DNA from: Sporopachydermia quercuum
Taxonomy: Eukaryota
NCBI GenBank assembly: GCA_001599295.1
Contig: BCGN01000003.1
Location: forward strand, 372,001 to 436,000
Reading direction: 5' to 3'
DNA length: 64,000 nucleotides
How positions within the stretch are numbered: position 1 is the stretch's first letter; each line of letters opens with the position of its first letter. Positions 14,818 to 28,852 of this stretch are shown piece by piece. Made by a program: the position numbers and the translations under genes. Below the pieces are notes generated by a model. The model ran no database searches. It saw nothing but the letters and a program-made list of their open reading frames with translations, and was not told the DNA's origin.

Positions 14818-17800
14818 TTATTTCTTAGCCTTCTTTGGTTTCTTGGCTGTGGAAGCTTTCTTTTTAGCACTACCTTTGGCACCACCTTTAGTTTGTTTGA
14901 TAAACTTGTTCTTTGAAATATCCTCTTCTTCTTCCTTCTTCTCATCATTAACCTCTTCGTCATCTTCTTCAAATGCATCATCAATATCAGGCATCTCCTT
15001 CTTACGTTTACCTAAAGAAGTTCCAACGCTTGAGCCTGGTTTCAAAATCGCCATAGGATGTGACATAGAATTATACTTTCTGGTGAATGCTGATTTGACC
15101 TGGGTACTTAGTTGTTTGGTAATCATTTCACCCTTATTATCATCTCCAACACCAAAATCAATTATCGTATCCCAATCCTCCTTAGTAAGGTAATAGTAGT
15201 CTAATTCTTCAATAATCTCAACAATTCCATCAACACCTTTTTCGAGAATTGGCTTGGAAAGAGTCTTTGCCCATAATGGTATATAAGAAAGACGCAATTC
15301 GTCTCTACTACCACTAATTCTTAATCTAGCATGATACTGAATTTCTTGCAATAGTCTCATATACTTTCCTTGCTTAGAATTTTGACCCAAGAACGATGTG
15401 AAATTATACCGACGAGTACCATTTCCTGCCACGTAATAACTGGGTAAAACAGTAGATGTTACAGCATGAAAAGGCATAAGACTCCATTGTTGTTCGGAGC
15501 TATGAATCTTTCGATCCACCAAATCCCCATCAGAAATCGATTCTGCCGCGTTGGCCACTAGTTCTAAATGCTGTAAATCGTTTTCACGATTATTCTTTCC
15601 ATGCAATAATCTAGGTCTTGTGTTCACATAGTTCTCCTGAATCATCAGAGGAACAAAAGAGAAGTCGTGGAAGTACAATTCAATCTTATCATTGAGTGTC
15701 TCAGAACCAGGACCTTCTCTCCATATTGCTCCAGAAAGTAACCTAGAGTTGATATCAAAAGGTTTGAGAACAATATGTTTTTCCCAGGCTTTAGCGACTG
15801 ATTTACTATTTTCATGACTAATACGTTTCTCTGTGCTGGTGACTGTTGATAATAAATTGATAATCTGACGAATATCACCACCTGTTGACGCTACCAACAT
15901 ATCAATTACACTTGGCTCAATCTTGAATTTCTCTTTGAAAGCAATTGACATGATTCTTGTTTTGATAGCATTAGCATCAGGTCTTCTGAATGGTAAATCA
16001 AGTGTCACACGGTCAAAAGGTCTCATTTTGGGTAGTGACTTATCATTACATATAAGAATCAACGGGACATTCGTAGTTCTGCAGAATTGAGCCATTTGTC
16101 CAACGCCACCATAATCACCACTTGACATACCATCGACCTCATCCATGATCACACAGAATTTGTTGTTATTATCACTTGGTTTTCCCGGTTTCTCCCTATT
16201 TGAGAAATATCCTACCAGTGATGTGTTGTTCAAGACACCTTTCACTTTTTCATTCAGAAGAGACTTGCTACGAACGTCTGAGGCATTGTTTTCAAGCACG
16301 TCATAACCTAGCTGATGGGCAACTATATGGGCAGAAGTTGTTTTACCAATCCCTGGTGGACCAGAGATCAACACAGCTCTAAAGATTCCAGTGCCATCTT
16401 TTCCCGGCGACTTGAAGCCTTTTGCATGATTGCTTGACCAATTCTTCAACCAATTGTATAGTTTAGTTACAGAACCTTTATTACCACAGATGTCCTCAAG
16501 GGTTTTAGGAGCATATTTGACAGTCCATAGTTGCTCTGAAGGACTTCGTGATAAACCATTGGAGACATTTTCTTTACCTGAGATATCTTCACTTTTCACT
16601 TTGCTGGAGGAAGAAGAGGTAGCAGATGTAGCAGCGGTAGCTTTTGCTCTTGCCTTGTCTTCTTTGTCTTCTTGTTCGATCATTCTTTCAGCCATTTCTC
16701 TCGCTTTACGTTCTTCTTCGCGTTGTTTTTCTAGTGACTGTTGAGCGGCTTTACCCGATCCACCATCAGCTGGCATGCTTGCTATCAACTGGAGAAACCC
16801 ATCTTCGTTTATTGCCTTCACTCCTAGTTTTTTAATTGTATCGACTTTCTTGGGTCCTGCTTCAGCACCAAGAACTACCACTGTAGTGTTTCTGGATATA
16901 GATTTAGTTACTTTGGCGCCATATCGTTTAGCTAAGCCCTCAGCATCTTCACGCTGTAAAGAGTCTAGCACACCAGTGAAAACGATTGTGAAACCAGCTA
17001 GACAATTAGGTTGTCCAACAGGCAAGTCCTTAGCTACAGAAACTGTAGGAGCAGCCGATTGTCTTGCTTTGAAATCTTTAAATGAAAAACTAGTATCGGA
17101 TACATCTGGCAATTCTGCATCCGGTATAGTTTTCAATATCGTACAAGCAGTTGATTCACCTTCCGGTACAGTTGCAGCTGATATAGCTTTAGGCTTAGAT
17201 TTTTGCTTCGGTTTTGGTTTTACTGGAGATTCTTCAAGTTTTGTTATCAATTCAGGTTCAGGATCAGATTTTCCTTTTCTAGGCTTAGTCTTTTCTGGCG
17301 TTATAATGGTAGTTGTTTGATTTGATTTTTTCTTCAATTTTGGAGCAGATTCTAAGATTTCAAAATCTTCTTCGTCCAAATCATCAAGAAAATTGTCACC
17401 ATCATCCTCTTCAGCATCAGGTTCAAATTTATCGTCGTCATAGTCTTTATCTTCGTCATCATCGTCAAAATCTTCAAAATCTTCATCGCTGTCCTCGTAT
17501 ATGTATTTTGATTTTTTCTTTGCTGGAGATCTTTTTGGCGAAGCCTTCTTAGGTATTTGTGAAGAGCTCTTCGTTGTGCTTGATGTTTTGGTTTGCTCTT
17601 TTCTACGTCGATTGCTCGCTGGTGGATCACTACTAGATTATCGATGTTAGCTGTTACTGGGATTGAAGATTGACTGAGCTATGCTTTATAAGCAAGAAAT
17701 GTACATACTCTATAATCTCAACGAAGTCATCTTCATCATCGCTTTCAGCTACTAGTGAATATATCAGTTAGTTAGTTACCTTGAACAATTTATCAGCGAT

Positions 17801-18076
17801 ATAGCACATGGAATGTAGCAATTGACGCGTCACAACAAAAGGAGACATACCAATTGCTCGTGTTCTTTTACTTTTAGATCCTGCAGGAGCTGACTTTGAG
17901 ATCTTAGATGCAGCAGATTTAGGATCACCTTTGCTAGCCTTTAATGATGTTAGTGACATTCAACAATTGCAATTGCGCCATACTCGAGCATTGAACATCA
18001 GTTCTTGTGAGTGCAATTATTTGCTTACTGGTTTGGATGATCCTTTCGAGGATTTAAAAAAGCTGGTTATATCCAT
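14818..18076 (-). CDS. RFC1: Replication factor C large subunit; exons 18076-18029, 17938-17851, 17751-17709, 17632-14818
   Basis: BRCT domain (CLAGFTIVFTGVL), LWTVKYAP, Walker A GPPGIGKTT, MDEVDGMS. N-terminal MDITSFF exon joined by three GT-AG introns with CTAAC branch points. Confidence 0.93.
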
Positions 18077-18800
18077 GGCGCATCAAGTTCCATGAAGAAC
18101 TCAGCCAGANTTTTGTATCAAAAAATAGAATAGCCAGGGAGACTCTTTCCTTGTGATAAATGAATAGGAGCAGGCTTGCGTTAAGAATAATTAATTCACT
18201 TCTTATTTTCGTTATCCTTCACTGTTCGCGCGATACATAGTTACTTGTTATTCATAAAGACGTGTTATGGGACATCAACATTATTTGGATCACATGATAT
18301 GAACAATTAAATTGAAGAAGAGCGTTTATCATAGTTACCCGCTTGATGAATATTAAACGCATACATCTGTAAGTTATGCACAATTATACATACAGTTTAT
18401 CCTTGATTTCAGTCTGCTTGGTTCTTCCACGCATGAAACGACCAGCAAAGTGCTCTGTCTGAGCGAACGAGGCTCATACCGGCCGTAAGACAAAAAAAAC
18501 AATAAACAAATCTAACGATTGAAGAAGAATTGATATAGATATTTTTATTTGGAGTTAATTGGTGCTGTCCAATATTGGAGATCACTCAATTGTTAGTCAA
18601 GACCAAATCGTTACGTTATTGATTGGACTGGGCACAATTAAGTAGTAGAACGGCTTTATTTGACATTAAGATCTAATTAATAAATTAGCTCTAAAAAATT
18701 GTCAGCTGCCACTCTTTTGCTGATTATTGAACAGAGAAAGATACCATCCTCACAGTCGAATGATTTGAACGTATTTGAGTAGTATTGAACAGATATAAAA

Positions 18801-20294
18801 ATGGCTAGGAAGCAAAACAAATCAAGAAATAAAGGTAAAACGAGCAATGAACCAGCTAAAACGGTTGAACCAGCGTCCACTGACGTGACGGAAGTGGAAT
18901 CAGTAGCCGAAGAGGTAGAAGCGGATACTACTGGAGATGTGAATTCTGTGGTTGAAAATGGATCGAATGACTCACTAGAAACACCAGAGACAATCGAAGA
19001 GAGCACTCCTAATGGTAATGATGCAACCAGTGCAGTTGTGGAAGAAGGAGAATCAAGTATTGGGGAGGAGAGAAATACTCCTAAGAAGACTTCAGGGAAC
19101 ACATCCAACCATAAATCATCTAGTGAAGAGGAGCTTGAGCTTCAAGTGCAGAAATTGAGAAGTCAGATCGAAGCTATAACAATACAACATAAATCAGAGA
19201 TGGACAGTTTGCAAGGAGAATTAAATCAAGCAGTTAGCGAAAAAGAAGAGAAAGAAGATGCATATGAACAACTACTTAGTAGAATTTCTGGAATGAAAAA
19301 CGTGTTCAGTAAAATGAAAGAATCACAAGAGGAATTAGAACGTAGTAACGAAGAGTTAGAGCAGCTGAAAGCAGAGAATGAAGCTTTGCATAGAACAATG
19401 GACCAGTTGAAAGAGGAGACGGTAGATTTGAACAGTGAATGTGAGAGATTGAGTAAAGACTTATCCAGTATAAAGAAATCTTCGTCTGCAGAGCAAAATG
19501 ATTTGAATTTACAGATACGACATCTACAGAATGAAAACAATCAATTGAAGAAACAAGTAAAAGAATTAAAGTCAAAAGAAGAGGAATTTTATTTAGCTAT
19601 GAAAGAATTAGACATGGATACAGATAGTTTCCAAAGTCAGATAGCTGAATTACAAGAAAGGGTGGAAGAGAAAAATAACTTAATCGAAGGATTAGAGTCC
19701 GAAGTGGAAAAATATGCTTCAAGCATTGACGAATTACAAAAAAAGAATGAAAAGTTAGAACAGGCTAAAGCAGAAGACTTGAAGGAGCTTGAGAAGATCA
19801 AAATAAGTTTGGGCAAACAAATAGAAGAAGAGATAGCTAAAGCATCAAATTACGAAGGTGAGATTGAACGGTTAAGAGAACAATTGAGCATTATTGAAAA
19901 GTTGGAGAAGGAACTAAAAGACAAGCAACTACAAATAGGAAAGCTACGACACGAAGCAATTATTCTGAATGATCATCTAACTAAAGCATTGAAGCTGATC
20001 AAGAAACAATCTGAGTCGGAATCAGTTGATAAGGTGCTAGTAACCAATTTGTTCCTGTCTTTCTTAAACTTCCCAAGAGCCGACTCCAAGAAATTTGAAG
20101 CTTTGAGATTGATATCTGTCGTCTTAGGATGGAATGAAGATCAAAACGTTCAAGCAGGACTGTCGCATTCCTTATCAAATCCATCAAATGCAGCAAACCA
20201 TGAAATACGATCGGCATTAGGTAAAAGTGACTCAGTTGAAGGGTTTGGCTCACTTTGGACTGAGTTCTTAGAAAGAGAAGCATCCAAGAAATAA
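18801..20294 (+). CDS. RUD3: Golgin with coiled coil and GRAB domain
   Basis: Long coiled coil, IGKLRHEAIILNDHLTKAL and C-terminal LWTEFLEREA. Divergent from RFC1, as in S. cerevisiae. Confidence 0.88.
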   Translation: MARKQNKSRNKGKTSNEPAKTVEPASTDVTEVESVAEEVEADTTGDVNSVVENGSNDSLETPETIEESTPNGNDATSAVVEEGESSIGEERNTPKKTSGNTSNHKSSSEEELELQVQKLRSQIEAITIQHKSEMDSLQGELNQAVSEKEEKEDAYEQLLSRISGMKNVFSKMKESQEELERSNEELEQLKAENEALHRTMDQLKEETVDLNSECERLSKDLSSIKKSSSAEQNDLNLQIRHLQNENNQLKKQVKELKSKEEEFYLAMKELDMDTDSFQSQIAELQERVEEKNNLIEGLESEVEKYASSIDELQKKNEKLEQAKAEDLKELEKIKISLGKQIEEEIAKASNYEGEIERLREQLSIIEKLEKELKDKQLQIGKLRHEAIILNDHLTKALKLIKKQSESESVDKVLVTNLFLSFLNFPRADSKKFEALRLISVVLGWNEDQNVQAGLSHSLSNPSNAANHEIRSALGKSDSVEGFGSLWTEFLEREASKK

Positions 20295-20892
20295 TAATAT
20301 AGTTCACATAACATCCTATATAGCTGCATTCCAATAGTTTATCCCATTTGTTATTCAAATATATCTTCTTATGACACCAATAATACTCTCTTCTGCGTTT
20401 CAACTTTGATTTTTCAATCAATCAATCAATCACTCTCCTTCGATATATCCTAGTCAAGGAACCAAATTCAATGCATCTTAATGCAGGGAAGTCAGATTTG
20501 TTTTGCTTTTTTCAGAAATAAAGTTTCATAAAACTGAACCATAAAGTAACATGACTTAATGTAGCCCAGCCCTTGGCTCACTATTATGTCATAGTGGTCA
20601 GATCACAGGGTAATTTCAACCTGTTTTTTTTTTTTTTTCCCCTTGTTTCATCAACATCTACTAATGATCTTCATGAACTTGATGTGATTTGTGATCGTAC
20701 TTAAAACTAGGAAGTCGCGGCAAGAATGAGAGAGCTAATAGCTAGTTTCTCGTCTTAAATTTCGCTCTAGAGAGAAAGTAAATGTATGAGAACTGGGATA
20801 ACACAAAGATACATTTTAAAGACTTCAAAGTGATAACAAAAGAGCGATAATAGAGATAACAGATATTCACATTAACAACGAATTATAAAATA

Positions 20893-21990
20893 ATGTCTGG
20901 AGTACAGGAAGTCGCAAAGGAGATTTCGGTCAAGGCTTTGACATACGTTACCAATTCTGGTACAGCCAATTTCTCTTACTCAACTATCAAACTACCACCA
21001 GCACCTGATTCAATTGTGGTTAAGGTAAAGAATGCAACAATTAATCCGCTTGACTTCAAAATAATGCACTCATCATTGTCTTCATATATTCCTGGTGAAA
21101 AAGGAATTGGTAGGGAGTTCAGTGGTCAAGTTCAGTATTTTGGAAAAAATGTTAGAGATTATCAAGTTGGTGATTACGTGTGTGGTGTGACGTATGACAT
21201 TAGAAAAGGAACAATCAGATCAGAAATTGCTCTTGATGAAAATAAGGATACTATTACCAAAATTCCTGATAATTTGTCCTTGATTGAGTCATGCGCTTTT
21301 CCTTTGAGTTATGGAACGGCTTATCAATGTTTAGAACATATTGATTGGAAGTCATTGAATGAAAAGAACGGGTACACTTCGGTTCTTATATTAGGGGGCG
21401 CAACANCTGCAGGAAGATATGCTACTCAAATAAGTAAGCATTACCATAACATTACTAAACTTGTCACCACTTGTTCTACAAAATCGTCAGAGGTAATTAA
21501 GGGTTATGGTGCTGATATCACAATTGATTATCAATCCGAGGAACCATTAGATAGTCAAGTTATTAAAGTCATCACTGAACAATTAGATGGCAAGAAGTTT
21601 GATGCTGTCATTGATTGTGTAGGTGGCAAAGATTTATTTTCAAAAATCGGTGACATTTTAAATCCAAAGAAGGAAGGAGCAGCTTATGTTACAATTGTTG
21701 GTGATACTAAGAATAAATTTGATCTTGGAGGTCCTTTTGGATATTTCAGTGAACCAGGGATGATCGGAAGAAAGCTGTTTGGCACATTCTGGGGATTTCG
21801 ATATCACGTGGTAAATGTGAAAAAAGGTGATTGGATTAATATCGCTAAAAAAGAAATAGAGAAAGGGTATATGAAAATCCCAATAGACGAAGTACTACCT
21901 TGGGACGATTGGGAGAAAGCCATGGATAAAGTTGGTCATAGGAAAGCAAGTGGAAAGGTTGTTCTACGAATTGATGATTTTGTTGATTAG
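20893..21990 (+). CDS. MDR-superfamily NADPH quinone/aldehyde reductase (Yim1/RTN4IP1-like)
   Basis: Motifs INPLDFK, GIGREFSG, VLILGGAT, FDAVIDCVGG and ASGKVV. Confidence 0.85.
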   Translation: MSGVQEVAKEISVKALTYVTNSGTANFSYSTIKLPPAPDSIVVKVKNATINPLDFKIMHSSLSSYIPGEKGIGREFSGQVQYFGKNVRDYQVGDYVCGVTYDIRKGTIRSEIALDENKDTITKIPDNLSLIESCAFPLSYGTAYQCLEHIDWKSLNEKNGYTSVLILGGATXAGRYATQISKHYHNITKLVTTCSTKSSEVIKGYGADITIDYQSEEPLDSQVIKVITEQLDGKKFDAVIDCVGGKDLFSKIGDILNPKKEGAAYVTIVGDTKNKFDLGGPFGYFSEPGMIGRKLFGTFWGFRYHVVNVKKGDWINIAKKEIEKGYMKIPIDEVLPWDDWEKAMDKVGHRKASGKVVLRIDDFVD

Positions 21991-22415
21991 AAATTGATAT
22001 CGGAAGTTAAACACTCGAACTTAAAAACGATAGGTTATAACTAATCATTTTGTTTTGTTTTGTTTTGTTTTGATGATTCTCTAACAAGTCTCCATATTGA
22101 TTGTCATATTAATGTTTTCCAAATATGTCTCCCTGCTTCTTTAAACCAAATCTTCTCTTTTCTGTCTGGTTTTGAGATTAAGTTTATATTTGGGTTTGGG
22201 TTAAAGTTAATGCAGGTTAGTTCACATGCAGACCGATGAACTCAACTTTAAGTGCGTCTAACGGTCTATGCATGTGAAAAGCATGTTCTTGTCATCAGAG
22301 ATGACCACCATATCTAACCTGTCAGCTAACATTTATCCTTATCCTTAACTTCAGCTTAATAGTAATTAAGATTTATGTATAGCAAATTGTTCATAAGACC
22401 AACAGTATTGTAGAT

Positions 22416-23300
22416 ATGTCTGAGTATATTATTTGATGGTCATGGGCACTCGTTATGTGGCAGTCATGGGTCCGCTAAGTTCTACTAAATCTACCGTGAG
22501 ATTTCTCTCTTAAGTTCAATTATAACTAAGATAAGTTATACTTCACTCAAATATTGCATTCCCGATTACAAAGCTAATATCACAGGAAAAAGAAATTCGA
22601 ATGAGATTTAATTGGGGTGGTTGAATTCACCAGCTTTGATGTAGTAAAGAAGGTAGTGGTTGACAAAAGANTTAATATCCGTTAGGGTAATGTTTGCAAT
22701 TGTACTTTGTACTTTAAATAGTGGACATAGTAACACTAAATTTAACTCGTTATCTCCTTTCTCTGTTTATTTAGGTATAATTTATACGTACCTTCACAAA
22801 GCCATTTGGAGCTCATTATTTTGAAAGAATAGTCAATCATTAGTCCTAACAGGAAAGGAGCGGTATCAGTATCAAGATTTACTGTGCAGATATTCAGCTA
22901 CACCATTGATTACAAGTCACAAGGGGCTTCAGATTACCAAGTCATTCGTACTATTCAGAGGGAACTGATTAAGGACACCGCACTTTTTGCGTTTGGTTGG
23001 TCAAATACTAAAGTCAAAGCAAAGAAAATTAGCTTACATTAGAATACTACGAATTAGAGCAATATTGGCGAATCAGCAGGATATTCTCAGAACTCAATAT
23101 AGAAGGAAACATTTTGGTACTTCCGGGGCAATTCGTTATATAGAAGAGCGTGTTATACCTGATGACTGGATTGAAGTTGTTAAGAATGACTTGGAGAGCG
23201 ATCATACAAGAAAATAAAAGATAGTAGAAGCATTGAGAATAAGTGTTCGATGTGTTGCAGCGGAGATAATTGCAAGGTAAAAATAGTTTGGATATCAAAA
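22416..23300 (+). pseudogene. Highly degenerate tandem copy of the upstream YIM1-like gene (ends approximate)
   Basis: Collinear fragments match the 20893 protein: GIIYTYLHKAIWSSLF*KN vs GTAYQCLEHIDWKSLNEKN; IKIYCADI..TIDYKSQGASDYQVI vs IKGYGADITIDYQSEEPLDSQVI; RRKHFGTSGAIRY...DDWI vs GRKLFGTFWGFRY...GDWI. Stops and frameshifts lie between them. Confidence 0.75.
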
Positions 23301-24079
23301 TTGGTATAGTATAGTATGACCTGCCGTTCAAGTTTCTCATCTACCTTTCTTTTTTGAAAGATATTGTGGTACGTGATAAATACCTTGAAATTAATATCAG
23401 AAGACACTTGTGATCCTTATTGCGTAGTAAGTATTTTCAGGTTTGAGATTTTACTGAAATGATTTGTTTGACCATCTATGCGTCAGTCTATCAGAATATG
23501 CATTATTCTGTCTNTTCCAGCGTGACATTCCAATCCATTATCTTCAATCNTGCTTTTGTACCCATGCATAATAAAGTGATTCAAATCTTGTTCTTGATTT
23601 AAAATCTGTAATTCATCATTCCCAGCCCACATCACAAAAGATTATCCTAATCGTTCGAGATTCAATTTTTTCTACCTGAAAATTATTAGTTTTGGAAGAC
23701 GCGTTCCGAAATAATACAAGATGTCTAAATACAGGTCTTGATCGCGGTACTGAAAACTGTTTACTTAGACCTCCTTCATGAAATAGGTAAGTAAATATTG
23801 ACAGGTTGACTAATCTGTCAATATTTCTCACTATGTTTTGTTNTGTCTTGTAGAATAAGATAAATTTACTATGTCCAATTCGTTCTTTTTATTAGCAGAT
23901 TGTTACTTTGATCATTGAAGTTTAATGAAATGCCGTCAGTGGCAGTAGGATCTTATATAAGTTTAATAGAATACCTAGAAGTACCTACTGAGTAAGATTG
24001 ACAATATTTAAAACAATATAGCATAAAAACTAGGAATCTCAAGTATAACAATTATTTGGAAAACAATTCGATACTCAAA

Positions 24080-25220
<1,141 letters not shown>

Positions 25221-25930
25221 ATGAAGTAGAACAGAACTGAAAACACTAAATGTGTGATAACCATGATTTATCGTTGACTTTAAATGGTAATAAGTATGCT
25301 ATATATTAATTTTTGACATCGGACTTGATGTTACTTATTAGTAGACTTATGACATGTTCTTTAGTATGTTTTCAGCTGTTTCTGATAACGATTTCTTAAA
25401 ATCTAGTTTTCCCATGCTGTTTGTAAACCATGAAGCAACTTTACAGTTATCTAACTTAGGGCACTGGTCATTGAGCCTCGAGATAACGAAGTGCTGAACA
25501 GAACTTGATAATCTGCTTTCAGTTCACCACTTGGAATAATGTTTCATATTAAGCCAGATGATCAGCTGGAGCATGAATTAAAATAACGGGCGGACAATTA
25601 GTGGTAAGGAGGACTTTTTGAAAGATTTGTGATAAGAAGCTAGAAGTTTGTTAGATAGTATTGGGGGTGNGGAATGTAAGTCGAATTATTGANAAAGATG
25701 GGCTATGAATTATGAATATTTTAGATACCAGATGTTGGATATTAGATAAGAGTGAACAAATGATAACGTATTCTTCGATCACCAAAACAATTTAAAAACA
25801 ATTTATCACCTCAATATATATTACAATTACTCTACCAGATAATTGCTAAATCTCTCCTATTGTTCTCAATGCTTATCTTAGGTATACATTTTTCGAACCT
25901 GGAAATCTCCGAGAAGCATCAGCTAGTGGA

Positions 25931-27334
25931 TGAGTCACATTTCAGTGTAAATAACGTAACCTTTGTTCATGTCTCGGTTCCCATTTCCCATTGATATTAT
26001 TATTTCTATATTTGGTTTTACTTAGAAAAATTGTTCTTCCAGTAGAGTACTTGTTGATAGATAATTAACCAAATCCCGGGATGCTTCTGCAACTACTAAG
26101 TATACTACATGGAGATACGTGCTTCGGCTCATAATCAATTGATTGATTGAGATAATTCAAACATTAGTTAGTTGAATGCTTCTCCATGATTCTAATGAAT
26201 TGAATACTTAATCAATACCAAAATCGTCGAGCGACAGAATAGCCGAAAAGAAAGTTTCGAGGACGTAAGTTTGTTTACATATCTAGTTTCAAACTCTATT
26301 AAACGAAAATTTTATTATGGATTTAAGAAAGATTACTTAGTCCGATGACTGTTCTTGAGAACAAATCAAATACAATAACGATGGTTATTATTAAATGGGA
26401 AGAAAAGGACGTAAGAATTTATAATTTATTACTTATTATTTGGTAAGAAGAGCTAAAATAGAAGAAAGCGCGAGGCAAGCTCAGTCTGAAGATATGACTG
26501 ATCCGAGAAAACAAAGCAAGCCAAGCAACAAACATCCCTGATTTCAAGAATAGAAGTGGAGAATCTTTTCAAAGCTAAAAGGATTCTCGAACTTCAGAGA
26601 ATAATTTTTCTTCTCTATAAAGCTTTAGCTTATATTGGTTATTTATGGTTGGATTGGTGGTTTAATTATATTCATGTCCTCACAATGACCTTTTATAATA
26701 CCAAGTAAACTAAGTCATTAACCATGTGAAAAGTATTGTTAACAGCACTTTCCTTGTGTATTTCCCATATAGTATGTTATTTGATAACCTGCTTACTATA
26801 ATAACTATATATGAATAGGTTTATCGTCAAGGAGGCTTTCTGTTTCACAACTCATCATATATTATTCAGTTATCATCGTTTTGGATAGAGTATAAAAATT
26901 ATCGCTAAGTTATAACTTTTATCTTCCTGAACTATCAAACTCAATTCAAAACGTTAACCTTATTAGGACAGCTTAAAGAAGTTTTCTCAAAATGTCAGGT
27001 ATCTCATCTAGGAAGTCNTAAGGTTTCTATTTATCTTTGATACAAGATAAAATGTGAAATAAGATTCATCTTGAATGAATGTATCTCGGAGACAGGCACG
27101 ATGTGAAAATTTTTACTGTAGATGAGAAGTTTTTTGAGGTTGATGTTGAAAAGGGTCAATTTTGTACAAAAAGTCAATGAGTCAACAAGCTCAATGAGGT
27201 GTTCTCAACTTCTGGCAGATTATTGCAAATAATGAACAGTATTGGAAATGTCATCTGTAGTTTTGGTCTTAGTCATAGTGAAAAGATTTGTTCGCTGACA
27301 TGTCATCTCTAGAGAAGATATTCTCAGTGAGTCA
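25931..27334. promoter_or_regulatory. Three AP-1/Gcn4-type TGAGTCA sites upstream of the ECL1-like gene
   Basis: TGAGTCA at 25931-25937, 27178-27184 and 27328-27334. Confidence 0.45.
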
Positions 27335-27913
27335 AAGGTATCTAATATATAATATGTAAGTGTTGTAAATTTTCTTTAAATGATATTGGTGATTCAGTAG
27401 CCTTCTGTACTCGAACTAAATGATATTATATTAACTTTCATTGATAGGTATCCTTTGTATTCAAGAAAAATGCCAATAAATCAATTACCAACCAACTTTC
27501 AGCAGTCAGGAACATTGTCCTGACAATCTTATGTCACCAACATATGTGACATGATAACGAACTAGTTTTAGTCCCTATTGATACAAACTTTATCTCAGCC
27601 TGCAGAAGTGAAAATTTGACTGATCATCAAACAATACCATTCATCATTGTCCTATCATGGTTATTCTTTCAAAGATTTCTTCAGAAAGAACCCTAATGAC
27701 TGAAGATTTATTCATTAGTTGAATATCGCTCGTGAGAATCAGTCACTTTTTATGGGATTTTCGAGTCAAACTCATTCTCATCGAACATACAGTACTTACG
27801 ATTTTCACTCATACTTGAAACCCCCGTTTGACGTTGATATCATTCTACCAAAGTGGTGATCATAAATTCTTACAAACCAGCAAAAAAGCCTGAATTTTCG
27901 TGTCCAAATCAAA

Positions 27914-28852
27914 ATGACGCAGAACGTTGATCACGATCTACCGTTCTTATCATACTGTATAGTCTGTGATAAACAACTGGAGATATTGAATACCAAAAAA
28001 GATATCGAACAACTAAAACAAGNCAAAGCATTTGACATCACATTATACTGCTCTGATGATTGTTCTGCCCAAGATAGAGAGCTTGACTCAATGAGAGACT
28101 CCATATTCTCGTTATCTGAAATGCAGTTTACNTTACTTGATAGAGATTCAGATCTGGAAAGGACTTCGGGAGTGTATGATTTCGAAGATGAAGATATTTA
28201 TATGGACTCGCGAATATCTAAAGTGAACATGTCAGAAACAAAATCATTTCCAATTCCTTTGTTAAGTCCAACANTGCCATATTTAGGAGATTCATCTTCA
28301 GTGCCCAATTTCAAGTCATACTCATTTCAAAATACGTTCGCCAGTTCAGCATACAGATATCCCAATCCAGGTTATTGCACCATTCATCAGCATACACATC
28401 ATGCATCATCATCAAGTATATCACTGCATCCAAAGTCAGAAAACGCATCTCCCAAATCAACAGCATTCGACAAACTTCAATCTCTACCGGCGTTGAATTT
28501 GAGAAAGTATTCAATTGCAACTAATCAAACTCAGACACTGTCCTCCAGGAGGACATCGGAAGCATACTTAGAATCATCTACNGTTTATCACAAGACATTT
28601 AGAAAGAACTCTCGAGAAACATCTCAAGCTCCTTTACTATCAAAAAATGAATCGACACACATAGGTTTGGAAATACGACACGATTCCGCAACATCAAGCT
28701 CAAGTTTCAACTCTGAATTAAGCCCTCCAGTTTCACTTTCAATAGGTTCAGCTTCCCGCTCAGTGATTCCTAGCATATCATCAATCAATCAATGGAGTGC
28801 CAAAGCTCCTGTTACCCCAAAAAGTTATAACTGTTTGAACTCTCTTAATTGA
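27914..28852 (+). CDS. ECL1: Ecl1-family (extender of chronological lifespan) protein
   Basis: N-terminal FLSYCIVCDKQ...LYCSDDCSAQD four-Cys motif followed by a Ser-rich disordered tail. Confidence 0.75.
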   Translation: MTQNVDHDLPFLSYCIVCDKQLEILNTKKDIEQLKQXKAFDITLYCSDDCSAQDRELDSMRDSIFSLSEMQFXLLDRDSDLERTSGVYDFEDEDIYMDSRISKVNMSETKSFPIPLLSPTXPYLGDSSSVPNFKSYSFQNTFASSAYRYPNPGYCTIHQHTHHASSSSISLHPKSENASPKSTAFDKLQSLPALNLRKYSIATNQTQTLSSRRTSEAYLESSXVYHKTFRKNSRETSQAPLLSKNESTHIGLEIRHDSATSSSSFNSELSPPVSLSIGSASRSVIPSISSINQWSAKAPVTPKSYNCLNSLN

